This document shows, piece by piece, positions 1 to 11,406 of a stretch of 36,152 nucleotides of DNA. A program made the translations under genes and the position numbers. The number at the start of each line of letters is the position of its first letter. Positions within the stretch are counted from its first letter, which is position 1. The stretch covers positions 1 to 36,152 of the forward strand of contig CALSCP010002666.1 in the NCBI GenBank assembly GCA_943704425.1, in the 5' to 3' direction. The notes beneath the pieces are model-generated. The model made no database searches and was not told the DNA's origin. It saw only the letters and a program-made list of their open reading frames with translations. This stretch comes from Ministeria vibrans ATCC 50519 (lineage: Eukaryota > Protista > Filasterea).

Positions 1-101
<101 letters not shown>

Positions 102-122
102 AATCTCTTTTTCTGATTGTAG

Positions 123-1191
123 TCTTGTGTCGACTTCGCTGTTTTGGTCAACGCTCATTGGAGGAGTGGGCGAAAGGGGACCTCATCTGCGCGTGAGACC
201 CAAACACCAAAAGCCCCTCTACAATGTTCTCGTCAAGTTTGTCTGGTTCGTTTCTGGTGGCAAATTTGTGTATGAGCCTTTACAGCCTCTGCTCTGGGAA
301 CTGTTCAGTTCCCTTTTGTCATTGTACCTTATCGGATTTTTTGCGTACACGGCGACGCTGGGCTGTCTGGTAATTGGGGACAGTCCCTCGGGTCTGCTGC
401 AGGGTGTGAGTATTGCCTACTGTGTGGTGGGTCACGGACTGCTGGACTGTCTCTACATTGCACTTTTTATTGCGTGTCTTCATCGCCTGTTTGTGTGTCC
501 CCGTGCTCCCTCTATTCCCGGTGGCATCCACGACCGGCGTCTCGTCGACCAAACGTTTTCTGTGACGAGTGTCGAAATGGACACACGCGTCCTCAACCAC
601 GTGTATACCCACGAGGGCCCACTACCTCTGCCTCCGCCGCCCGACCTCCCTCCCCCACCACCAGGCACGAGTGCGACAACGACCTCATCAACAGAGTTAG
701 ACGCAGCCAGTCTCCCGGTTCCTTCGCGCCTTCCCCCGCTGGTTCCACCGCCCCTTGAGCCTCCACCACCTCCGCCGGGGTTCACCGTCGCAGGACTGCT
801 TTCGAGACCAAAGTCGACGCTCAACGCTCAATCGCCACCTCCAACTGAGCCCGACACCTTACAGCGTGCCAAGTCGGCACATCAATTCACGGGCTCCTCC
901 GCGCGCCCACCACACTCTCCTTTACCTCCACCTCCCCCCATCTTGTCGCCCCCACCACGTCGCGCATCTCTTCCTCCCGCACTTCCTCCTCCTGACCTCA
1001 CCAGCGAGGCACGCGACAAGCTCAAGGAGGAGCTCATCGACCTTGAAGGAAAGCTCCAAAAACTCGTCGAAGTCGATGCGGTTCTCATGTCTGCGGGAAG
1101 ACGGCCAAGTGCCAAGGCGGCCGCTGCTCGTGAGAGCGCCCTTGAGAAACGCCAGAGTATTTTGTCACTTTTAGAAGGAGTGCAACAATGA
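123..1191 (+). CDS. Last exon of an unidentified multi-pass membrane protein with a proline-rich tail and C-terminal coiled coil (5' partial)
   Basis: Open frame from the splice acceptor to TGA at 1189-1191. Several hydrophobic segments, multiple PPPPP tracts, then heptad-like DKLKEELIDLEGKLQKL. Confidence 0.7.
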
Positions 1192-3323
1192 GTGTGATGT
1201 ACAACGAAGATTGATTTAATTTTGATGTTTACTATAATACTATTATTATTATTATTATGTTCGGAGTATACTTTTGACTTCATCTCCTCGTACATGCATT
1301 AGTCATTTTCTTCTATTCTTCTTCGTTCTTCGGTGACTGTATCATTAATAAATGGGTTGTATTATTCTTCTAATAAATCTTGAAAGTGAAGCGACCTGTG
1401 CCGTGCAGGAGAGGTGAGAGCCTCACTGCCTGACTGACAGGTGTTGGAAGTCGAGCTCAGTAGTCAGAAATAACTTCAGGCAGCGGCCGTGCGCCCGTGC
1501 TGGGTATTTTATGTAGGCCGGGAGATCCAGCTATGACTCAGTTCACAAAAGTAAAAAGATAACTTTTTCGTCTCTTTCTTTCCCGAGCAAGAGCGGTGGA
1601 ATGAGTAGTGAAATCGCAATCCTTTTGGGTGTCCCTGGCAAGATCTGGGCTGGTATCTCTCTTTACTTTAAGACGACAAAGCCCATCCTCGACCATCAGG
1701 CGGGGATGATCGAAACGGAGTCAGCCAAGCACCGTTCCGAGGGACACTCCGACGTATGTGCGGGCGTTCAAGCAGCAGACGTCTTGGGCCTCATCGACGG
1801 GAACCCTCGCACGGTCATTCAGATGGGCGGCGGGTGCAAGAAGTGCGGCATTTGAATGAAGAGTGTGTCAGTGTATTTATCAATCAGTAGTGTCTCCAAC
1901 GCGTCTTCATTGCATGACTGACGGTTCGACAGCCGGTCCAGAGGTCACATTTTACGGCGTCTTTGACAATGGCGATGTCAGGTGGCATCTCAACACGCAC
2001 AATTCCTCACAACATCGTTGGTGCCTTTGCAGTTCCGCAACAAGAATAAAAGCGAAAATTTTGTCAACAATCCCGACCTCGATCTAGCTCGACGACCGGG
2101 CACGACCCCGTGCCGCGCACTTCCATCATCAACACCACCGCTCTAGAATCACTGCGCGGAGCTTTTCACTGGCTTTGTATATCCGAGACGCTCGGCACTC
2201 CCACTTCTCCTTGTTGGCGAGAGCGGGGGCACCTCCCGGGGCCTTGGCCCCTCGAGAAGGGCGGCCTTTCTGCCACGTTGAGCCGCCCCTTCACAGACAT
2301 GGGGGCTGGGGCAGACAAAGACTCACGGCAACGGCAGGAAGTAACGCAAAAGCCAATGAGACACTGGCGAGAGGGGATGCCTGTCTGTCACATATTGAAC
2401 TGGCGACGCTCTCGCACCTGGCCTTCCACGAGAGCGAACAAAAGACCTTTGACGATGTGTGGAAGGCACACATGAATCATGATGGAGCCCAAGGACATTG
2501 CCATGTGTTCTACCGTTGAGCTGCACGACCACGAGATCATCTTCAAGTCGCACTCGGGGATGAATCGGGGATGAACCGCTGGGCCATGGTCGTGTACGAC
2601 CCCACCATATAATAACAATAAAATTATTGGGCGGAAAAGTCCTATCGGTCCATGGCTTTATGACAATGATCACGCGGAAGCAAAGCATTGTTTGTGTTAC
2701 GCAAATCGTCACTAGCGACGTCGATTGACGTCAGTGACAAGCGATCTCTGATAAAAGACTTCGGGTGCATCGTGTGCATAGATCAGTCACTCACTCATCA
2801 GTGTATTCCACTATTCCAGCGTCCGTATTTGCAAAGTAGCAAGTTCGTTGCAAGCAACCGTTACTCTTTAATATAAAAGTTATGGTGGGTAATTTTATAG
2901 TAGTTAAGAATTTACATACAAGTCGACCCGAGAGCCCGCCCGGTAAGGCTCCAGATTACTATGTAAAATTAATTGGGTAGTAAATGCACTAAATGGTAAT
3001 TATTCATGTAAATTCACTGTTACTCAGAATATATTTGAGAATTTTCATATTTATTCACGCGATCTTGGCAAAGAAAATTATCGCCAAAGAGAGCAAATTC
3101 ACTTCGTTTTTCCTTATTTTGCCTGATCTGTACACTCCGCTGCAGTGACTGCACTGCAAAGAGACCCCAATCACTGTACTTGTCTGCTAATAGCAGTTAT
3201 AACAAGTATAACTGTATTTATTTTCTCAAAAACAAATGATCACAATTACTTTATATTTGTGTACACACAGTCACACACATTAGTGACACATATTTGTTGA
3301 CCTCATCTCCATTAAATAGTGCT

Positions 3324-4113
3324 ATGGCGTCATCTCCGACCGTAGTGCTGCCTGGCGACGTCGTCCTGGACCTGTCGAGCCAGTCTTCCAAAATCAAAGT
3401 GGGGCCGGGCATTCAGCTCAACGGCGCATCGCTCGTTGCGACCAAGGCGGGCATCCTCCGGGGGGTCGATCACTCCGACGACGATGGCACAGTACAGATC
3501 CCGCGTGGCAAAGTCTGGCTTGCCCACACACATCGCCGAGTATCCCTTTTTTTTGCGTCTTTATTTTAATCTGGTTTTCACGTTTCTGATCTTTGCTCTT
3601 TTCTTTCAGTATGTGCCGGCACTCGGCGAGAGTGTCGTGGGCATAGTCGTGGACAAGGTTGGGGAGAACTTCCGAGTGAACATTGGCTCGAGCAGTGCGG
3701 CGACGCTGCCGGGGCTGGCCTTTGAAGGGGCGACCAAGCGCAATCGGCCGAGTCTCGCGTCGGGCGCCGTCGTCTACGCCCGCCTGACCGTCGCCAACAA
3801 GGACATGGATCCGGAACTGTCGTGTGTGGCGGCCAGCGGCAAGGCCGAGGGATTCGGCGAACTCGAACAGGGATTCATAGTGCACGTTGGATTGGCACAT
3901 GCCCGCCGCTTGCGTGCGCGCGACTGCGCTGTTCTGGCGGCTCTCGGGCGTCACGTCGCCTTCGAAATCACTGTGGGCACCAATGGCATGGTGTGGATCA
4001 AGACAGGCGCACCCATACACACTATTCTGGTGGCCAATGCCGTCGAGTCGTCCGAGCAGATGAGTGACGATCAAAGTGTACGAATGGTACGCGAATTACT
4101 CTCGCGCGTCTAA
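3324..4113 (+). CDS. RRP40: Exosome complex component RRP40 (EXOSC3); exons 3324-3539 and 3610-4113; 239 aa
   Basis: VVLPGD N-terminus, RR|YVP across the intron, LAFEGATKRNRP, S1-like VYARL...DMDPELSC and KH-like FEITVGTNGMVWI. Intron 3540-3609 is GT-AG, phase 0. Confidence 0.95.
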
Positions 4114-4197
4114 GGAAAACAAATTTTAAACACAATGTATTGCAATAAAACCCCCCCCTTCATGACTGTATTAATCATACATGCACACACGCACATG

Positions 4198-5810
4198 TTA
4201 AAGAGCTGCGTCGTGACTGTCGTGCACTGTCTGCGCGCGTCCACTCGGATCCGCACTGCAGCCCCACTCCGTACGGGGCACCCACAGCGAGACGGTCTCA
4301 GCCGCAGCCTTCTGTGGAAAGTGCTCCTCAAACAGCTCGCGGTAGCGATAGGCCTCCTTGGTCTGGGGCGTGTTGAGCGGGTACGTCTCTGCGGCCTTTG
4401 CCATCTGTGCGTCTGTCACACTGTCCTCGGCACTCGAGCGCAGCGAATCAATCCACGAGAAGCCGACACCGTCACTAAACTGCTCCTTCTGTCGCCACAG
4501 CACGGAGGGAGGCAGATAAGGGTCGTCGGGATCGTCAAAGGCAGCTCTGAGAATGTGCTTCTCAATGCGGCGCGTGCCATCCTTGCCGCGCGTGTGGGCC
4601 TTCATGGCGCCCGGGATGGACATGGCGACGTCGATGAAGTCAGCGTCCAGAAAGGGCACACGCGCCTCCACACCCCACGCCATCGTGGATTTGTCTGCAC
4701 GCAGGCAATCCGACAAGTGCAGCTATTGTGCATGTGTGCCATACGAGAGTAGTGTTACGAGTGGCTGAGAATTGTATTTTTTTTTTTGCATGTCCTTACG
4801 TTGAGCACACGTGAGACACACTCGCGGTGGAAATCGTCGTTGGACGGGCTTTGAGCAAAGTAGAGGTAACCACCAAAGAGCTCGTCGCTGCCCTCGCCCG
4901 AAAGCACGCACTTGCACCCGCCCACCTTGATCTTACGTGCAAGCAAGTACATGGGTGTGCTTGCGCGCACAGTCGTCACATCGTATGTCTATTACATGTA
5001 CAAAGAAAGCGAGAGACAAGACGTGGAGAGTGAGCCCAGACGGAGAGAAGTGCACGTGTACCTCCAAGTGACGAATGACGTCGCTAATGGCATCCAGGCC
5101 CTCTTGTACGGTAAAGGTAAGCTCATGATGGACGGTACCAATGAAGGCGGCGACGTCCCGTGCTGCAGCCAGGTCGGGCGAACCCGGCAGGCCAATGCAG
5201 TAGCTGTGCAGACGCGGGTACCATGCCGCCTCTGTGCCTCCAGACTACGCATCGCACATGTTTTATCGCTCAGTATATGCGTGTGTGTGTGTCTTGGCCA
5301 TTCGCTGTTTTCAATTTGTTTTACCTCCACTCGGCGCTTGGTCATTCGTGCGGCAATGGCGGCAACGAGACTCGAGTCGAGTCCGCCGCTCAGGAGCACG
5401 CCGTACGGTACGTCGCACATGAGTCGACGTCGCACTGCCTCGGTAAGTGCATCGTGCACACGCGTCTTCCATGTGTCCTCCGAGGCATCCTGAAGTGTCG
5501 GCAGTTGCGTTGCCCAGCTTGGGTTGTAGTAGCGGACCGGCTTGCCCTGCTTGTCACCGTACTGCGTCGCGCCTGTCGACGCCAGCAAATGACTTCCCGG
5601 CGGGAACGGCTCGATGCGCTCGCACACGTCTACCAGTGCCTTGAGCTCGCTCGACACCCAGTAAGAGCCGTCGGAGCCCCAGCCCTGGTACAACGATGCA
5701 ATGCCAATGGGATCGCGCACGACCAGGTACAGTTCTTTGGTCATGTCGTAGAGCACAAAGGCAAATTGTCCTCGAAGCAAGTGCACAAAGTCAGCGCCGT
5801 ACTTGAGGTA
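4198..5810 (-). CDS. ASNS: Asparagine synthetase (glutamine-hydrolysing, AsnB type), 5' incomplete; exons 5810-5325, 5244-5062, 4988-4800, 4722-4198 (460 aa visible)
   Basis: [94 protein letters not shown]. All introns are GT-AG, phase 0. Confidence 0.93.
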
Positions 5811-5957
5811 CTACGCACACGTTCACAATGAGTTGACAACACAAGGAATCGGGGGAGAAAAAAAAAAAAAAAAAAAAAAAAAAAAACATCTAAGGTACAA
5901 TCACAATCTGCACAACACAATCATCGCATTCAATTAGATATATATATATAATAATAT

Positions 5958-7197
5958 TCAGACACACACGCGATGTACTAACTCGCTATCTTCGTCGAGG
6001 AGAGGCGCAAACGACGAACTGGAAACGGACTCGAATGACAGAGGACGCGACGACGACGACCAACGCAATGAAGAGCCTGGTCGCGAATTACGGCTGGCGC
6101 TATTGCGGAAGGTACCCGAGGCAAGAAGGGCGCGTCCATGTGCAGCTTGCTGGCGAAGCGCACCAGATGAACCGATGACTGGTGGCGCGCCAGAGCCATC
6201 AACAGGTTCGAGCGATGAGGTGCTGGGTTGAGCAGACGCACTTGCATGTGCTCCGTCTGTTGTGGTGGTGGATAATGTGCTTGAGGGACGGTCCTGTGCG
6301 TTTTTCCAGGAGGGCTGCGGCAATACGCTCGATATGGTTGAGCCGGCGCGCGACGACTGCCCGTGTTGCTCCTTGACTTTATCGACGGTCATCAGCTCAC
6401 GATTCACCCTGTCTCTGATGCCCCTGTCTTTGAGCACGTTGTTCAGCAGCGGCACCGACATGAGTGCAAAGTCAAACGCGAGCGTCAGGTACAAGTAACA
6501 CAAGAGAATCATGCTCATAACTGTCAAAATAGAAACATAATAAGAGGAAATATAATATTCGTCAGAACTTACTGAAGAGCGTGTCCGGTGGCCATGCATC
6601 GAAGCGACATGCACTCGCAAGCTTGAACCATGTCGGATCTGTAGTGCGCCACACGATGCCCCAAGTGAAGGAACTGAAAACGAGCAGATGCGTGAATGCT
6701 GTGCTGTAGACCAGCGCCACCGTGAACAGTCGACGTTGTCCCGTCCACATGTGATGGAAAAGATCCTTGTCGACAATGCACAGGGCTGCGATCCATGCGA
6801 AGGTGCTCCAGCTCCTCTTCATATCACCGTCCCAGTAGTAGTCGATGAATTGCCTCATTTCACTCTCCGTGGCTCGCTCTCGCTCGAGTTGGCGGTACTC
6901 CTTCCCCACGACCGATTTGAGTTCGGTGTCTCCCGCCGCTGCTGACGTGTTTCTCTGTCGCAGCTGGAACACACGAAAGAGCAATGACAGCGGGTACAAC
7001 ATGAGGAGAGAGAAGCTGGAACACAGAGCCTGCAGCAGCGCCGAGGACATGAAATATTGCACCCAACGACCGCGGCCGTAGAGCTCCGCAACAAACGGCG
7101 CAAGACGTGCAGTGTCCTTCAAGGAGGTCTCCGGAACGCCCTCGTCTTCAGATCCGCTCTCATCGTCGTCCACCGCTCCATGCCAGTTTGAGACCAT
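5958..7197 (-). CDS. Unidentified multi-pass membrane protein with Ser-rich C-terminal tail; exons 7197-6573 and 6520-5958; 395 aa
   Basis: Two overlapping ORFs joined in frame by a GTAAGT...ttgacAG intron (6572-6521); about four hydrophobic segments. Confidence 0.75.
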
Positions 7198-9602
7198 TTT
7201 CTGAGTGTGACTGTGCGAGAGAGTTGATTAGCCTGCGCGAGTTGTAGTAAGTCGCACGCCTATATACAGTGAACAATTTCGAACCAATTTATTATACGAT
7301 TGTCGTTGGGGGGGCGGGGCATGGATATGCAGACAGAAAAAATATATATATCGCGACCACTTTGTGACGGCAAACACGAAGACAGCAGCTTAGTAGACGT
7401 TTTATACAATGCCGTAGATGCTACTCTGCGGGTCTGTCTGTCTCTGCCAACTCAGGCTAGATGACAATCATTGCTTAGTTCTTTGATTGTCAGCATTGCA
7501 GGCACAAATTGTACCCGACAAACCCGAGTGACGGTGTTCAAACGGCACACCAGCTGTCGGTGCCTCGGTGGTCATCTCACGTGAAAGTGCGTTAGGACTT
7601 GGGCAATTGTAAATTGAAAGGGAATCGAAAATCATTGCGCTCAAAAAGAATGTGAGAAACCAGTGATCCACCCTTGGTAACAGACACCACGAACACCGTA
7701 CACTCTACACTGCACAACCCATACACGTACTGCTCGGCTTTGTGTAGTCGCAGAAGGCGGCACACTGAGAACTTAGAAAAAGCAGTGGGTAGGTCAGTAG
7801 GAGATGGAGCAGACTCAGCAGATCCGTTTGATCGTGACCTTTAAGTCGCCAAGATGACTTCAATTCACTGCTCTCGCCCCCACCGACGACGGTTGTCCCG
7901 TGGCGGCCAGTTGTCCTCTTTCGTCTTCACCGCAGTGTAGAGAGAAAAAAGTTCCAAAATCGTCAGGTTGTCAAAGAGGGGACCGAGGGCGAGCAAAGTA
8001 CTCCGTTATTTGTAAATGGTACGAAATCTGTAACTTTTCTATTTACCGCGTTCCGGGACCTCACCGTCTGATCAGTTCTTTCTCTCTCTTTGGACTGTGT
8101 TAGGAATGAATGTACGGATGGTGTAGATGTGTGTTGGGGGTTGGTTGTCGTATGCATTTTTGGTTTTGTGGGATGTCGAGAAAAACAAAACAGTCAACCA
8201 AGCTCCTTCTCCGCTAAAGAAAAAAATGCGCACTCTCCACGACCCGAAACTGCCTTTAGAGGGCTTGAAGTAGTTTGTTGAGTGGTGTAGTAACCGTTTT
8301 TTCATGTAGATGGACTCGGACGACGCAGACGGCAATGTCGCAGAAATGATCACAACGAAATCACAACAACGCAAACTTCACACGAACATCAAAAAAAAAG
8401 GCAGACTATATGAGAGAATACAACGTTCGAACGGGACGGGTGACTCAGCTTGCAGGGTCTCGGCAATGACCGCAAGCTTGGCATTGGCACCGATGGCATT
8501 GGTGACTGGAACGCGTGCGTATCTGCACCCGCGCTCCTCCAAGGTGCCGAATACATGGCAGGAGAACCAGGTGGATCACGTTCTCGTGACACTGGAAGAG
8601 TACAAAACAATTTCAATTATAGGCTCGAGAGTGAAATACAGAGAAAAAGCAAGACAAGTGATATGGATTACTACCTTGTCTACAGGCGGTATCCTCTCAA
8701 GCAAGGGAAAAGAGAAAAAAAGAGTATTGTCAGTCAGAAACTCTCTCCAAACACACATGAGACACAGCACTGACAGCACCTGTTTAGTTATTCAGTCTGT
8801 CGTCACATTTCAGACATGGTGCGACGTGCAAACGAACGATGCCCAGCCCAGCCAGGGGGACAGCGAGGGGACAGTCAGAAAAAAACGAAAAAATATCCCC
8901 TTTTCGTCCAAATCCTCTTCCTCTTCGTCTCGTTCGACTCAGAGATACGTTTATATGAAAAAACAGCCAAATAACACATACATCACCCAGTCCCCTGTAA
9001 GAATACCCTGCGATTTGCAGCGAAGCGACCCCCTTTTTCCATCGATGGGGAATACCAAAGGAAACCCCGCTTCACAAGAGACTACTTAGCCGGACAAGCA
9101 CACACCCAACTACGCAGCCTAAATATGACCGACACACGTACTTTTTGTATTAGAAAGTGTTCAACTCAAAACAAACTTTCTCAACAAAAAAAGAAGAGAA
9201 AAATGAATGGATAAAATAATTGTAAAATGGGGGACTGGGTATCCCTCTAGTTATTCTCTGTCTGTCTGTCTGTCTGTTGCTGTGTTGGACTGCACGACCA
9301 TGATGTCTTCTTTGTTCCAAGCGACGAAAAATTTCGTCAAAAGCTCGTCATTTTCTTGTTTCAAACGCGCAATCATTTTTTTTCTTTTTTCAGATTCTCA
9401 AATTGAGATGATGCAGAATGCCGACAATGTTGTACAGAAGAGTATCACCTGGCTTTATGAGTGGAAGTCGCCAGCACATAGCAAACGGCGTTGACAAACG
9501 AGATGAGCAATGCAATTGAAGATCTCCGTAGTTTTATCGGACAATACGAAGCTGACTGCCTGGGGGGTTAGCACAGTACACCACTAAACGAAACGCTTTG
9601 TA

Positions 9603-10346
9603 TTACATTTTCTTCATAGCCGCTCTGACTGCTTGGTCGTCGCACACAAGGAAGCCCTTCATCATGGAATGAATCTGTCGTGCAATATGGTCGTCATCGG
9701 ACTGCGAACCCCTTAGAATGGCTCGTAACGCGTCTAAATTACTCTCTGCAATGAGCTTGAGGTGCTTGTCGTCTTGCTGTATGAGGTCGAGCATGTTGCG
9801 TCGATCGAGTCCCATCGCGAGATAGGTGATCACCTTGTCGTCGGAGAACATCGGCTCCAGTTGCCCTTCAAAGTCAACCAAGCCAAACTTGCGCGCCGAC
9901 TTAAGATAACCAATCACCGCAGCATACTTGTCTTGCAGAACTTCAAAATGAGGGTCGCGAAGTGCGACCGCAATATTGACACACTTGAGCTCCTTGAAGG
10001 TGAATGACTCGTCGAGTGATTGCATGCGCACAAGCTCACCCACGTCCGAAATGAAAGCCAACATGTTGAGCACAGTGGCAAATTGACCTGGGAGCGCTCG
10101 GTCCATTGCTCTCTGTGTTGGCTTGCCCTTCTTAAAGAAGTCCTCGCCCGCCTCGCTCTTGGCCAGTTCGTAATGTTCCTCCTGACCAATGTACACCTTC
10201 GGATCTGCTAGGGGGTTTCGACGACGCAGTGCCATCTCTGTCGAGATACGTCGATTGTGCTCGTCGATCAAGGAGTGAATTTCGCGCGTGCTTGCGTCGA
10301 CCCCCTCACTCGACTGACTCGAGTCCGCGCTCCGTCCGAACGACAT
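9603..10346 (-). CDS. Costars-domain protein resembling ABRA/STARS (actin-binding Rho-activating protein); 3' end may splice onward to about 9560
   Basis: VIGYLKSARKFGLVDFEGQL...DDKVITYL resembles the ABRA C-terminus as I recall it (VVGILMRARKHGLVDFEGEML...DDHVVITL). A possible intron GTAATA...ctaac...cAG overlaps the stop codon. Confidence 0.7.
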   Translation of the reverse strand: MSFGRSADSSQSSEGVDASTREIHSLIDEHNRRISTEMALRRRNPLADPKVYIGQEEHYELAKSEAGEDFFKKGKPTQRAMDRALPGQFATVLNMLAFISDVGELVRMQSLDESFTFKELKCVNIAVALRDPHFEVLQDKYAAVIGYLKSARKFGLVDFEGQLEPMFSDDKVITYLAMGLDRRNMLDLIQQDDKHLKLIAESNLDALRAILRGSQSDDDHIARQIHSMMKGFLVCDDQAVRAAMKKM

Positions 10347-10611
10347 CTCTCACGCCCAATGGTCAAACGACAAGATTATTACTGTCTCCCATTTCCCAAG
10401 TGAGAAGTGTCAAGTCCCAATTTCCAAAGAAAGCAGAATTATTCCTGGGGGAAGTGCGACTTTTTCAAGTTCGAAGTGCGAGAAAAATCGAAGTGCGACG
10501 AACCGATTCTGATTTGCCACCACTGCACGGTTTGTTTCTCTGCGACATCGCCGCGGGCTTGCCGTCGACAACCACACACAGTGAGTGACACACTTCAAGC
10601 ACGGCAGGTAG

Positions 10612-10695
10612 ACAGAGCCGACGGTGAGCCTGTGGTTGTGCTCTCCGTAGACGACCACACACCTCACAGAGCCGACGGTGAGCCTGTGGTTGTGC
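10612..10695 (+). repeat. 30-bp direct repeat, two copies (ACAGAGCCGACGGTGAGCCTGTGGTTGTGC)
   Basis: Identical copies at 10612-10641 and 10666-10695. Confidence 0.9.
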
Positions 10696-10746
10696 ATGGT
10701 GGCGATGGCCTGTGAACAGTGTGTGACTGTGTGTGGACTTTCGCAC

Positions 10747-11252
10747 CTGCTCTGTTTTAATCAGCGTACGTATGCGCATGAGTATGCGCTTGTTGTCTGA
10801 TCTGTCTCCTGTGTAGAACAAACTTCGTCTGATACGAGGGTCGAGTGGCTGCAGACGACGACACAACTCAATCGCAGACAGCACCGTCTCACCCTGTACA
10901 AACACCATATGTTCCGGTCCCAGCGCCGCTACCAGCAGCTCCGTCAGCTTCGTCTCAGACTCGTCCGCGTACGACCGTGCATCCCCCTTGGGAGCGCAGC
11001 CGTGATCATCTGCCGCCCATGACCCAGCACAGGCGCACCATGTCGTGTCATGGTCAGCTTCTGCTCCACCCGCAGTACACCCACACTGCAAGAGTCACAC
11101 ACCACAAGCACATTGCACCCGCGCCAGTCAATCTCGTCCTGAAGGATTTGGTGGAGTGATGAGGGGGAGAAGCGAGACATTCTACCCCCAACTGTCATCC
11201 GTGCATCCCTCAGCAGCAGTCTGCCTTTCGAGTCCACCGCTCTAATTTCCAC
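10747..11252 (-). pseudogene. Frameshifted coding-like segment, possibly a caspase-like (clan CD/C14) fragment
   Basis: ORF 10944-11252 (CNVLVVCDSCSVG...RQMITAA) appears to continue after a frameshift near 10995 into ORF 10465-11091 (SETKLTELLVAAL...LSAIELCRRL). No HG motif seen. Confidence 0.3.
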
Positions 11253-11406
11253 GTCTAGCTGCCCCTCTCAGCTCTCAGCTCTTAAAACTTCAAAGAAAAA
11301 AGAGGTTTACAAAACTTCGAAGTTGTATTACGATTATTTAATATTTACGTGACGCTCACTAATCACTATCTTTCTACCTTCTCCCCCTCCTTTGCTTCTC
11401 GTTGAC

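Noticed and set aside
4135-5831. Plus-strand ORFs of 193-223 aa
   Set aside because: Antisense to asparagine synthetase exons and running across its introns.
8310-9089. 259-aa plus-strand ORF
   Set aside because: A-rich low-complexity sequence with atypical codon usage and no recognisable motif; not supportable as a gene.
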